Assembly (NCBI GenBank): GCA_042408215.1 | Contig: JAYFMW010000030.1 | Span: 32,001-96,000 of the forward strand | Direction: 5' to 3' | Source of the DNA: Microcoleus sp. | Lineage (GTDB): Bacteria; Cyanobacteriota; Cyanobacteriia; Cyanobacteriales; Microcoleaceae | Length of the DNA stretch: 64,000 nt | Shown: positions 1-11,300 of the stretch, piece after piece | Position numbering within the stretch: the stretch's first letter is position 1 | Layout: each line of letters starts with the position of its first letter | Made by a program: the position numbers and the translations under genes | Notes under the pieces: model-generated | The model's input: the letters and a program-made list of their open reading frames with translations, nothing else | What the model was told of the DNA's origin: nothing | The model's database searches: none

Positions 1-3000
1 GCGGTGATTTTGACCGATATCGACCAGTTAAGCAGCGTTTTCGGCGGTTTTGACCCCCGCTACACTCTAGAGCCTTTAATGGAAAACGTGCCGGTCTATC
101 TGGATATTAACAACAACGGCATACTAGACCCCAACGAACCGAAGCAGTTGACCAAAAAGGACGATTCTGAGTCGAATCTGGGCAAAACCAACTATCAGTT
201 TACTTTTGACAACTTAGTGCCCGGTACTTACAAAGTGCGAACTGTAGCGCCCAGCGGCTACACGCAGACAGCACCTAGTACCTCGGTTTTCACGGATACC
301 GTGACAACTGCGGGGCAAACTTTTACTCACTTGTTCGGCGTGCACAAAGGTTCCCAAGAGTTGCCCAACTCCGACCCCACTTTTTTGACTGCTGCGCCAA
401 CAACGAAGTTGAAAGCTGGGGAATCCCTAGTTTACAGGGCTTTGGCTTCTGACCCGGATGCGGACGAGGTAACTTACGGTTTGGTTCTCAACCCGGATGG
501 AATGAGCGTAGACCCGAAGAACGGTACTGTAGTTTGGACTCCGACGGCTACTCAGGTTGAGGAATATTATAAAGAGCTACGGGCGACGCGCGATCGTTTG
601 ATTGCTTTCGGTAGAGGAGATTCCGCACCACAGGCTGTGAAGTTCAATGTCGTGCTGCGGGCATCTGACGGCAAGGGCGGTCAGGCTTTGCAGTACGTCG
701 AGGTGGAACTGATACCGCCCAACAATCCTCCCGTCTTTACATCTGCTGCGCCATCCAAAGAGCAACCTCAAGCGGGTAAGCGCTTCGAGTATCGCGCGGT
801 AGCGGAGGATGCTGACGGCGATAATATTGTTTATACGATTTTACCCGGTGCACCGATTGGTGCCGCAATTAACGCGACTACCGGACTGGTAACTTGGACG
901 CCGACAGCGGGACAGTTGGGAACGAATTCATTCACCGTCAAAGCCACTGACAGTAAGGGCTCAGAAGCCAAGTTAGAAGTGCCGCTGCGGGTAATTGAAG
1001 CGATTCCCAACCGCCCTCCTGACATTACATCCAGCCCCCGCACAGTAGCCCGCATCGGCAACGGGTATTTCTACAAACTCGCTGCAACCGACCCCGACGG
1101 CAACCCGATCACCTTTACTTTAGTTTCCAAGCCGGCTGGGATGACCGTTGATGCGGAGGGTTTAGTGTCTTGGATTCCCACAGCTTCGCAAACCGGCCCC
1201 ATCGCAGTATCGGTGTTGGCTAGCGACGGCTTTGGGGGAAGCGATACTCAATCCTGGACTGTTAATGTCTCTAATTCGGCCGTTAACCGACCTCCAAGTA
1301 TTACTTCGACACCGGATACGGTTACTAATTTGGAACGAGTTTACCGTTACCAGCTAACAGGAACCGACCCCGAAGGAGACTATTTGCTGTGGAGTTTGGA
1401 TAATGCTCCCAAGGGTATGGTAATCGATGCTAAAACAGGCAGTCTTAGCTGGCAGCCAACTCCCGAACAAATTGGGGAACAGACTATTGCAGTGCGAGTG
1501 ACTGATGCTAAGGGTTCTTATGTGGGTCAGGAATTCAGTTTAAAGGTAACAGGAATTAACACGCCACCTGCAATTGTTTCGGTTCCAGTCACAGTCGCCG
1601 GAATCAATCAAACCTACAAATATCAAGTAATCGGAACCGACCCGGAAAACGATGCCCTGCGTTATAGTTTGGGAACCAAACCTTCGGGCATGAAGATTGA
1701 TGCCCGGACTGGTTTAATTGAATGGACTCCCGGTACTAATGCTGTAGGTTCCCATGAAGTAGAAGTTTTGGCAACAGATACTCAAGGGGCTGTGGGAAAT
1801 CAGAAGTTTGCAGTATCTGTGGGGACGGCCGCCATCAATGGGCCTCCAACTGTAGTTTCAACTCCCGTATTTGCAGCATCTTTGGGAAGTCAGTACAGTT
1901 ATACAGTGCAGGCGACTGACCCCGATGGTGGCAGTTTAACTTATCAGTTATTGAAAGCACCAATGGGGATGGCAATTAATCCTGCAACTGGATTGTTGAC
2001 TTGGGACAATCCTACTGCTGGAAACCATCAAATAGTAGTCGGCGCTGTGGATGCTGGCGGTTTGGGTGCAGCCCAAGGTTTTACTTTAACTGCGAGGGCA
2101 AATTCTACTCCTGTAATTCCCAATATTCCCCCGCAGCAAGTCGCTAGCGGTCAACCCTATCGTTACGATTTGAAGGCGAATGATGCTGAGGGGGATTTGC
2201 TTGCTTATTCTCTGTTGCAATCTCCTTCGGGCATGACTGTTGATGAATTAGGTCGCATTAGTTGGGTTCCTAAATCGAATGATGTCGGTACGACTCAACC
2301 CGTTCAAATAGCTGTCACCGATACGTTTGGCAAGACTGTTACTGTCTCCTACAATTTAAGCGTTGTCGCGGATACTTCCGCCCCTAAAGTCAATATTGTT
2401 GCCAGCAAAAATACAGTTAATCTCGGAGATTCTGTCACGTTTACCGTCAATGCTGTCGATAACGTGAAAGTTGAATCTTTGGGTTTGACTATCAACGGCA
2501 CTCCTGTAGTTTTGGATGCACAAGGTCAAGCATCTGTCAAGGTAAATAATTTAGGCAGTATTACGGCAGTTGCAACGGCTAAAGATGCGGCTGGAAATGC
2601 CGGAACTGCGACTCAAGTTGTGGCTGCAATTGATACTAGCGATGTCAATGCGCCAACTATCAACATCAGTTTGGAAGATGATGCAGAAATTACCGCACCT
2701 GTCAATATAGTTGGCACAATTAGTGACAGCAATTTAGCTTACTATACATTGGAAGTTGCCCCGGTTGGTGGCGGGCAAATTCCGGGCGATGGCGGAGGAT
2801 TTAAGGAGGTTTATCGGGGAACAGCTGCCGTCACTAACGGAACGATTGCGACATTTGACCCGACTGTTTTGGCTAACGGCGCTTACGTTCTCAAGTTCAC
2901 TGCATTCGACGCTAACGGTAACGGTTCGACTACTGAAAGGACGGTGAATGTTGCTGGTGATTTGAAGTTGGGCAATTTCCGGTTGTCGTTTACTGATTTA

Positions 3001-6000
3001 TCTGTTCCAGTGGCGGGAATTCCGATTAACGTGACTCGGACTTACGATTCTTTGAATGCCAACAATAGCGATGATTTCGGTTACGGCTGGCGGATGGAAT
3101 TCCGGGATACTGATTTGAAGACTTCGCTAAAAGCTGACCCGATTTACGAAGAATTGGGCATCAATACCGTAGCATTTGACAGCAAGACTAAGGTATTCAT
3201 CACCCTACCCGGAGGTAAGCGGGAAACCTTTACTTTTAAGCCGACTCCGAGTCATTTGAATCAGTATTTAGGGGCGGCTGGGCCGGGGGCTGCGATGTAC
3301 AAGCCGGCGTTTGAGTCTCAAAAGGGTTCGACGGTGACTCTGACTGTTAAGGATGCGAATTTGATACGGAATGAGTACGGCGAGTATTACGGGGTGAACG
3401 GGCAGCCCTTCAATCCTGAGAATCCGGCGTTTGGTAGTGTTTATGTGTTGACGACTCTTGAGGGATTGGTTTACGAGATTGATGCGAAGTCTGGGGATTT
3501 GCTGACTGCTACTGATGCGAATGGGAATAAGCTGACTTTTAGCGATGCGGGGATTGCTAGCAGTACGGGTAAGTCGGTGACTTTTGAGAGGGATGCTGCT
3601 GGGAGGATTGTCGGTGTTGTTGACCCGGATGGGAAGAAGGTTAAGTACGAATACGATGCGAAAGGGGATTTGGTTGCTGTTAAGGATAGGGAGAATAATA
3701 CTACTCGGTTTGAGTATGGAGATGAGGACAGACCTCACTTTTTGACTGAGGTTATTGATTCGTTGGGACGCAGTGGAGTTAAGACTGAATACGACGATTC
3801 CGGTCGGTTGAAGCAGATGATTGATGCGAATGGTTCTGCGGTTGAGTTGGTTTACGACCCGAATAATTCGATTCAGAAGGTTAAGGATGTTTTTGGTAAG
3901 GAAACGACTTATGTTTATGACAGTCGCGGGAATGTTTTAACTGAGATTGACCCGTTGGGTAAGCGGATTGACAGGACTTACGATGCCGACAATAACGTTT
4001 TGACTGAAAGTGTAATTACCACTGAGTTAAATGCTGCTGGGAATCCGGTTGAGGTACGGCAAAAGACTGAGTGGACTTACGATGCCAAAGGGAATAAGTT
4101 AACTGAAAAAGACCCGTTGGGCAATGTTTCGCGGTGGACTTACAACAGTCGCGGGCAGGTTTTGACTGAAACTGACGCCTTGGGGAATACTGCGACTTAT
4201 ACCTATTCTCCTAGCGGGAATTTGCTGTCAACTAAGGATGCAAAGGGTAATGTTACTAAGTTCAGCTACGACATGAGGGGAAATCTTATCACCTTTACCG
4301 ATGCAGCCAATAAAGTTACTAACTTTACTTATGATGGTTCGGGAAATGTACTTTCGGTTGAGGATGCTAGCGGCAATAAAACAACTTTCACCTATGATAA
4401 CAGTGGGAATCGTTTAACTGAAACTCGCACGGTAACTACTCCTTCGGGCATTCAACAACTGGTTACTCAATCAACTTACGACAGTAACGGTAAAGTTAAG
4501 TCAACGACTGATGCCTTAGATCGAGTCACAAAATACGAGTATGATGGTAACGGGAATCAAATTGCTGTAATTGATGCCCGCAACAACCAAACCGAATACC
4601 GCTACGATAGTAAAGGTCAGCTTGTTGAAACGATTTATCCCGACAATACTCCCAGCAATTCCGCTGACAATTCGAGAACAATTAATATTTACGATAAGGG
4701 CGGTCGTTTGCGGGCAACTATTGACTCAGACAAGCAAGTAACGCATTACAATTACGACGATGCTGGACGTTTGGTGGAAACGATTTATGCTGATGGAGTG
4801 GATAGTTTGGGTCAGTTGGCAAGCGAGCTCGCGCCCGGTAAAACTCCTGCTACTATAGACTGGACGCAAGTTATCTATCCCGACATTGCGCCTGCTTTCT
4901 TGTCGGACAATCCTAGAAGCAAAACCGAGTATTACAAAAATGGTGATGTCAAAGCTGAGATTGATGAGTTAGGAAATCGCACCGAATACCGCTACGATAA
5001 TAACGGTCGGTTGGTGGAGGTAATTTATCCCGATAATACTCCTACTCTGGCTGACAATCCCCGAACTAAGACAGAATACGATGATTTGGGGCGGACAGTT
5101 GCGAATGTTGATGGTTTGGGACGGGTGACTCGCTACGAGTACGATAATTTGGGACGGTTGGTGAAAACTGTTTATCCCGATGCTACTCCCAACAATTTGT
5201 TAGATAATCCGACTTCTAAGACGGAATACGATAGTTTGGGACGGCGCATTTCTACTACTGACTCGGCTGGTAAAACTGTCAAGTACGAGTACGATGCTTT
5301 AGGTAGGTTGACTGCGGTAGTGCAGACTTTGAATCAGTCGGGAACTAATCCGATTAATTTAAGAACCGAGTACGGTTACGATGAAGCTGGACGGTTGATT
5401 TGGCAGGAGGATGCTGAAGAAAATCGGACTGAGTTTGAGTACGATAAAAACGGGCGTCGGGTTGCTGTAGAATTGCCGCTAACTCAAAGGTCGATTACTA
5501 CTTACGATGAGGTAGGAAACGTTAAGACTGTAACTGATTTTAACGGCAATACTGTTACCTACGGTTACGATGAAGAGAATCGTTTGACGAACAAACAGTT
5601 TTCTGTTATTGGTGAAGTTCCAGTTACGATGACTTACACTCCTAGCGGGCAGATTAAGACTGTTGTTAAGGGGCAGGAAACGACTACTTTTAATTATGAT
5701 GAATTGGGAAGGTTGGTATCGAGAATTGACCCATCAGGGCCGTATTTGGCAAGCGGGGCGACGATTGAGTACGGGTATGATGTCGCTGGCAATCGCACTT
5801 CTGTAAGGACTCCTGCGGGTGTGACTCAGTACGAATATGACGAGCAGAATCGCCTGAAGAAAGTTACCGATCCTGATTTGGCGGTGACGAGTTATTTCTA
5901 CGATGCTGTGGGGAATTTATCGAGGACGCAATTGCCGAATGGGGTTGTGGAAACTCGGGCTTACGATGAGTTGAATCGGTTGAAGTTGTTGGCTTATCAA

Positions 6001-7605
6001 AAGGATGGGGCGACGCTTCAAAGCTTTGATTACAGCTTAGATCCTGTCGGTCATCGGCGAGTTGTTACCGAACAAAACGGGCGCAAGGTTGAGTATGAAT
6101 ATGACGATTTGTATCGATTGATAAAGGAGACAATTACTGATTCGGTTCGGGGAAACCGCATGATTAGTTACGGTTATGATGCTGTGGGTAATCGGTTAAC
6201 TAAGACTGATTCTGTTGCTGGGGTGACGAGTTATGTTTATGACGGTAATGACAGGTTGTTGAGGGAGGAGTTGCGGCAGAATGGTGTTTTAGTAAAAACA
6301 ACTGAGTATCGTTACGATGCGAATGGGAATACTACTCGCAAGATTGAAAACGGTACTCAAGAGACGGTTTATACTTGGAATCAAGAGAAGCGTTTGGTTG
6401 GCGTTCAAACTCCTGCTGGCGAGAATATTAGTTATGCTTACGATGCGGATGGGGTGAGGGTAAGCAAGACTGTTAATGGGGTGACGACTGAGTATTTGGT
6501 TGACAGCAATCGGGATTATTCTCAAGTTTTGGAGGAACGGGTTAATGATGCTTTGATTGCTAGTTACGTCTATGGACTGGATTTGATTAGTCAGGAAAGG
6601 GGGAATGCTGATTCGTATTATTTGGTTGATGGGTTGGGCAGTACGAGGGGGTTGACGAATGCGTCGGGGGTGGTGACTGATACTTATAGTTACGATGCGT
6701 TTGGGAATTTAATTGTTTCTGCTAGTGCTACTGCTAATAATTATCTGTTTGCTGGGGAGCAGTTCGATCCTAATTTAGGCGATTATTATCTCAGACAGCG
6801 GTATTATGACCCTGAAACTGGAAGATTTACTCGGCGGGATGCTTATGAGGGAAACTTTGAAGATCCGATAACGTTACACAAGTACCTTTATGGCAATGCT
6901 AACCCAGTAAGCTTCATTGATCCAACAGGTTTTTTCTCCTCTTCGGCAGAGTTTTCGGTTGCAAATAATATTCGCGATACTCTGACAAAAATTTATGGAG
7001 AGGTAGCAAATCAAACCCTAAGCATTATTACAAGTGGCGGTCAATTTGGTCTAGAAGGCCTTGCTAGCCAATTAGCATGGAACCTCGCACCAGCCGTGTT
7101 TGATACTGGTAAGGATTTTATCAAAGCATTTGGGCGTAGTCCAAAAACTTCTTTTGAGCGAGCTAAAATATTTAGACAGACTCTAAACCTTGGAGAATTT
7201 AACCCGAAAGGCAGCCCAAACTTGGCATTTGCTGATATAAGACTTGGTAATAAAGGGCAAGAGTTTTCTGGCACGCTGCTTTCGCTCTCCGGTTCAACTA
7301 GAGTAAGAACTGCACCAGGCAGTGTTATAGAACCCATGCCAGGTTTAGTTGGCAACGTCTCTGGTAGTATAAACAGAAAGCTTACTCCAAGGATGGACAA
7401 TGGGTATTTGAGATCTAAGGATAGTGAAATCAAACTTTTGGAAGTCATAGCTGACAGGTACTCTGACAATCCCTCTATCAAAGGAAAAATTTACCTGTTT
7501 AGCGAACGCTCACCTTGTCAATCATGCAAAGAAGTGATTAGAGACTTTAAAAAGATGTTTCCGAATATTGAGGTTCGAGTAGAATGGAATCACACATTAC
7601 AGTAA
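1..7605 (+). CDS. RHS1: giant RHS/YD-repeat polymorphic toxin (5' end lies upstream of the window); end of vWA, SdrD-B-like, multiple putative Ig repeats, DUF6531-like, YD barrel, C-terminal deaminase-like toxin
   Basis: 2533-aa open frame. Repeated NxPPxITS..Y.Y.v.AtDpDGD.lty.L..aP.GM.Id..TGl..WTP Ig units, LGNFRLSFTDL..VTRTYDS..FGYGW, many YD repeats, and a core end NPVSFIDPTG (6919-6930). The tip has RSKDSEIKLLE...LFSERSPCQSC, resembling BURPS668_1122-family toxin deaminases. Confidence 0.92.
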   Translation, partial: AVILTDIDQLSSVFGGFDPRYTLEPLMENVPVYLDINNNGILDPNEPKQLTKKDDSESNLGKTNYQFTFDNLVPGTYKVRTVAPSGYTQTAPSTSVFTDTVTTAGQTFTHLFGVHKGSQELPNSDPTFLTAAPTTKLKAGESLVYRALASDPDADEVTYGLVLNPDGMSVDPKNGTVVWTPTATQVEEYYKELRATRDRLIAFGRGDSAPQAVKFNVVLRASDGKGGQALQYVEVELIPPNNPPVFTSAAPSKEQPQAGKRFEYRAVAEDADGDNIVYTILPGAPIGAAINATTGLVTWTPTAGQLGTNSFTVKATDSKGSEAKLEVPLRVIEAIPNRPPDITSSPRTVARIGNGYFYKLAATDPDGNPITFTLVSKPAGMTVDAEGLVSWIPTASQTGPIAVSVLASDGFGGSDTQSWTVNVSNSAVNRPPSITSTPDTVTNLERVYRYQLTGTDPEGDYLLWSLDNAPKGMVIDAKTGSLSWQPTPEQIGEQTIAVRVTDAKGSYVGQEFSLKVTGINTPPAIVSVPVTVAGINQTYKYQVIGTDPENDALRYSLGTKPSGMKIDARTGLIEWTPGTNAVGSHEVEVLATDTQGAVGNQKFAVSVGTAAINGPPTVVSTPVFAASLGSQYSYTVQATDPDGGSLTYQLLKAPMGMAINPATGLLTWDNPTAGNHQIVVGAVDAGGLGAAQGFTLTARANSTPVIPNIPPQQVASGQPYRYDLKANDAEGDLLAYSLLQSPSGMTVDELGRISWVPKSNDVGTTQPVQIAVTDTFGKTVTVSYNLSVVADTSAPKVNIVASKNTVNLGDSVTFTVNAVDNVKVESLGLTINGTPVVLDAQGQASVKVNNLGSITAVATAKDAAGNAGTATQVVAAIDTSDVNAPTINISLEDDAEITAPVNIVGTISDSNLAYYTLEVAPVGGGQIPGDGGGFKEVYRGTAAVTNGTIATFDPTVLANGAYVLKFTAFDANGNGSTTERTVNVAGDLKLGNFRLSFTDLSVPVAGIPINVTRTYDSLNANNSDDFGYGWRMEFRDTDLKTSLKADPIYEELGINTVAFDSKTKVFITLPGGKRETFTFKPTPSHLNQYLGAAGPGAAMYKPAFESQKGSTVTLTVKDANLIRNEYGEYYGVNGQPFNPENPAFGSVYVLTTLEGLVYEIDAKSGDLLTATDANGNKLTFSDAGIASSTGKSVTFERDAAGRIVGVVDPDGKKVKYEYDAKGDLVAVKDRENNTTRFEYGDEDRPHFLTEVIDSLGRSGVKTEYDDSGRLKQMIDANGSAVELVYDPNNSIQKVKDVFGKETTYVYDSRGNVLTEIDPLGKRIDRTYDADNNVLTESVITTELNAAGNPVEVRQKTEWTYDAKGNKLTEKDPLGNVSRWTYNSRGQVLTETDALGNTATYTYSPSGNLLSTKDAKGNVTKFSYDMRGNLITFTDAANKVTNFTYDGSGNVLSVEDASGNKTTFTYDNSGNRLTETRTVTTPSGIQQLVTQSTYDSNGKVKSTTDALDRVTKYEYDGNGNQIAVIDARNNQTEYRYDSKGQLVETIYPDNTPSNSADNSRTINIYDKGGRLRATIDSDKQVTHYNYDDAGRLVETIYADGVDSLGQLASELAPGKTPATIDWTQVIYPDIAPAFLSDNPRSKTEYYKNGDVKAEIDELGNRTEYRYDNNGRLVEVIYPDNTPTLADNPRTKTEYDDLGRTVANVDGLGRVTRYEYDNLGRLVKTVYPDATPNNLLDNPTSKTEYDSLGRRISTTDSAGKTVKYEYDALGRLTAVVQTLNQSGTNPINLRTEYGYDEAGRLIWQEDAEENRTEFEYDKNGRRVAVELPLTQRSITTYDEVGNVKTVTDFNGNTVTYGYDEENRLTNKQFSVIGEVPVTMTYTPSGQIKTVVKGQETTTFNYDELGRLVSRIDPSGPYLASGATIEYGYDVAGNRTSVRTPAGVTQYEYDEQNRLKKVTDPDLAVTSYFYDAVGNLSRTQLPNGVVETRAYDELNRLKLLAYQKDGATLQSFDYSLDPVGHRRVVTEQNGRKVEYEYDDLYRLIKETITDSVRGNRMISYGYDAVGNRLTKTDSVAGVTSYVYDGNDRLLREELRQNGVLVKTTEYRYDANGNTTRKIENGTQETVYTWNQEKRLVGVQTPAGENISYAYDADGVRVSKTVNGVTTEYLVDSNRDYSQVLEERVNDALIASYVYGLDLISQERGNADSYYLVDGLGSTRGLTNASGVVTDTYSYDAFGNLIVSASATANNYLFAGEQFDPNLGDYYLRQRYYDPETGRFTRRDAYEGNFEDPITLHKYLYGNANPVSFIDPTGFFSSSAEFSVANNIRDTLTKIYGEVANQTLSIITSGGQFGLEGLASQLAWNLAPAVFDTGKDFIKAFGRSPKTSFERAKIFRQTLNLGEFNPKGSPNLAFADIRLGNKGQEFSGTLLSLSGSTRVRTAPGSVIEPMPGLVGNVSGSINRKLTPRMDNGYLRSKDSEIKLLEVIADRYSDNPSIKGKIYLFSERSPCQSCKEVIRDFKKMFPNIEVRVEWNHTLQ

Positions 7606-7741
7606 CAATGAAAATTGCATATTTTTCAGCACCGACTAAAGCTTTGTTATACAAGTATAATGCTTTTGCATAAATGATTTAAGCTTGCTATAATAAAGCT
7701 GGCTAGGATGGTGGAGAATTTACCAAAAGTTGATAAAATTT

Positions 7742-8221
7742 ATGTATCTTGAGAAATTCAAAGCACGGTTCGCAGAGTTACAGCATTTATTTCCATACAA
7801 ATTGTTGTCTTGTACGGAGGAACAAATCCACTCCCTTGAACGACAATATGGGCTAACTCTTCCTATGGCTTATAAACAGTTTCTACTGTGGGGAGGGGTT
7901 TGCGCCGGAGGACTTTTTGAAGGTTCTAACTATTCTTATGACGATCTTTCAGAACTGCGAGAAGGAGCTGAAGGACTTTTGGAGAGGGATGAGTTTCCAG
8001 AGCCACTTCCAAAAGACGCATTCGTACTTATGATGCATCAAGGTTATATATTTTGGTTGTTCAAAACTTCTGAGGGTGACGATCCACCCGTTTATGGTTA
8101 TGAAGAGCGTGACGTAGGAGTTCCACCAGTTCCTTTCAAAAAAATCTCTTCTAGCTTCAGTAAATTTTTAGAAGAAGCATTAGAAGAAGCATCTAATAGA
8201 CTCAAAAGGTTGCAAGAATAA
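7742..8221 (+). CDS. SMI1/KNR4 (SUKH) family immunity protein
   Basis: CTEEQIHSLERQYGLTLPMAYKQFL...HQGY.FWLF....DDPPVY...SFSKFL is the SUKH pattern, and the gene lies directly downstream of the RHS1 tip. ATG 7742 is preferred over TTG 7730. Confidence 0.88.
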   Translation: MYLEKFKARFAELQHLFPYKLLSCTEEQIHSLERQYGLTLPMAYKQFLLWGGVCAGGLFEGSNYSYDDLSELREGAEGLLERDEFPEPLPKDAFVLMMHQGYIFWLFKTSEGDDPPVYGYEERDVGVPPVPFKKISSSFSKFLEEALEEASNRLKRLQE

Positions 8222-8317
8222 ATTAGTGGAATCGCAATTCTTTTAGATTAGTTTCTCAAAGTTCCTCCGCTGAATTGGTACTGGCACCCCTCGGCATGGC
8301 ATTCGACACCAGCCGGC

Positions 8318-11300
8318 ATGACATTCTCCGAAGGACTGATTAGTTGGACACCCGGAGTCTCCCAGCAAGGAACCTATCCCATCACCGTCAGAGTTAGCGA
8401 CGGTTTGGGAGGTTTAGCTACTCAAACATTCAACCTAACAGCCGATAATATTGCCAACAATCGCCCACCGAGTATTGATTCTACTCCCGCAGAACAAATT
8501 ACCAATCTCGCCAAGCTTTATCAATACAATTTGACTGGTAGCGATGCGGATGGAGACAGGTTGCTGTGGAGTTTAGACAAAGCACCATCCGGGATGATTG
8601 TTGACCCCCTATCTGGTTCTTTACGCTGGCAGCCGACGGCGGAACAAGTGGGAGAACATACTGTTTCTGTAAGAACAATTGACGGCAACGGTGGTTATGC
8701 AGTTCAAGAATTCAGTCTGACTGTCAGGGGAATAAATACGCCACCTACTATTGTTTCTAATCCTCCAACTTCATCTGCAACAGGACAAGTTTATACCTAT
8801 GCAGTTGCGGCTAAAGATTTGGAAAATGACCCGCTGACTTTCAGTTTAGTCAGCCATCCTGTCGGCATGGCAATTGACAGCAACGGCAGGATTCAATGGA
8901 CTCCGAATCCTACTCAAATCGGGCAGCATTCTGTGGAAGTTGCGGTGACTGATAAGCAGGGGGCAATTGCTACTCAAACTTTTACTGTCACTGCCGGAAC
9001 TACTGCTATCAACCTTCCCCCAACAATCACTTCCACACCTACATTCACAGCCTCACCAGGACGCCCTTACAGCTACCAAGTAACTGCCGCCGATGCTGAC
9101 GGTACTATCTCGCAATACCAGTTATTGCAATCTCCTACTGGGATGACAATTAATTCAGCTACTGGTGTTGTTACTTGGAACAATCCGACTGCTGGAAACC
9201 ATCAAGTGGTAGTCGGGGCTGTTGACAATTCGGGTACGGGTGCAGCCCAAGGTTTTGAGTTAATTGCCAGGGCTAATTCAGCAGCGGTTGTGCCAACTAT
9301 TCCGATTCAATCTGTTTCGCCCGGTGCCAGTTATCGCTACGATTTGAAGGCGACTGATGCGAAGGTCGATTTGTTGACTTTTGCTTTAATTCAATCTCCC
9401 AGCGGCATGACAGTTGATGAATTCGGGCGGATTAGTTGGAAGCCGAATGCGGATAATATCGGCAATCATCCGGTTTCTGTTAAGGTGACTGATACTTTTG
9501 GAGAAAGCGTTACTGTTTCTTACAATTTAAGCGTTGTCGCCGATACTGTCGCCCCTAAAGTCAACCTAATTGCTAGCAATAATACCGCTAATCTTGGTGA
9601 TTCCGTCACCTTCACCGTTAATGCTGTCGATAACGTGAAAGTCGAGTCTTTAGGCTTAACTATCAACGGCACTCCTGTTGCTATAGATGCACAAGGAAGA
9701 GCAACTGTCAAGTTAAATAACTTAACTCCCATCACGGCAATTGCCACTGCTAAAGATGCGGCCGGAAATGTGGGGAATGCGACTCAAGTTGTCAGGGCGA
9801 TTGACACTACTGATGTCAATGCGCCAATTATCAACATCAATTTAGCGGATGATGTTGATGTTTCTGCACCTCTGGTAATTCGAGGTACGATAACTGACAG
9901 CAATTTGGATTACTATACTTTGTCAGTAGCCCCGGTTGGTAGCAGTCAATTTAAGGAAGTTTATCGGGGAACTACTGCTGTCAATAATGGAGTAATTGCG
10001 ACATTTGACCCGACTGTTTTGGCTAACGGCGCTTACACTCTCAAATTCACTGCCTTTGATACTAACGGCAACGGTTCTACTACTGAAAGAACGGTCAATG
10101 TTGCGGGTGATTTGAAGTTGGGGAATTTCCGCTTATCCTTTACCGATTTGACGGTTCCGGTGGCGGGAATTCCGATTAACGTGACTCGGACTTACGATTC
10201 TTTGAATGCCAACAATAGCGATGATTTCGGTTACGGCTGGCGGATGGAGTTCCGGGATACTGATTTGAAGACTTCGCTAAAAGCTGACCCGATTTACGAA
10301 GAATTGGGCATCAATACCGTAGCATTTGACAGCAAGACTAAGGTATTCATCACCTCATCACTTCATCACCCTACCCGGAGGTAAGCGGGAAACCTTTACT
10401 TTTAAGCCGACTCCGAGTCATTTGAATCAGTATTTAGGGGTGGCTGGGCCGGGGGCTGCGATGTACAAGCCGGCTTTTGAGTCTCAAAAGGGTTCGACGG
10501 TGACTCTGACGGTTAAGGATGCGAATTTGATACGGAATGAGTACGGCGAGTATTACGGAGTTAACGGGCAGCCCTTCAATCCCGAAAATCCTGCCTTTGG
10601 TAGTGTTTATGTGTTGACTACCCAAGAGGGATTGGTTTACGAGATTGATGCTAAAACTGGAGACTTGCTGACTGCTACTGATGCGAATGGGAATAAGCTG
10701 ACTTTTAGCGATGCGGGGATTGCAAGTTCGACTGGTAAGTCGGTGACTTTTGAGAGGGATGTTGCGGGGAGGATTGTCAGTGTTGTTGACCCGGATGGGA
10801 AGAAGGTTAAGTACGAATACGATGCGAAGGGGGATTTGGTTGCCGCCACCGACCAAGAGCAAAACAAAACAGAATTCGTTTACAACACCGCTCGACCTCA
10901 CTATTTAGAAAAAGTCATCGACCCGCTAGGAAACACGGGAGTCAGAACTGAATACGATGACAAAGGTCGCTTGAAGAAAATAATTGACGCAGACGGCGAC
11001 CCCGTAGAGTTGATTTACGACCCAGACAACTCAATTCAAACCGTCAAAGATGCTTTCGGCAATCCCACTACCTATGTCTACGATTTGCGCGGCAATGTTG
11101 TCAAACAAGTCAATGCGTTAGGTCAAGAAACTAACTTCAAGTACGACGATAACAACAATTTAATCGAAACAAAAGATGCCGCCGGATTGGTAGCAAAATA
11201 CACCTATGACGCTAGCGGCAATCTCTTATCCCGTACCGAACCCTACTGCGGCTGTCCGGGTACGGTGCCTGGAATCACTAACTACACCTACAATAAATAC

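Noticed and set aside
11241..11260. YCGCPG motif in the RHS2 barrel as a metal or redox site
   Set aside because: A single CxC with no supporting context; conservation cannot be tested here.
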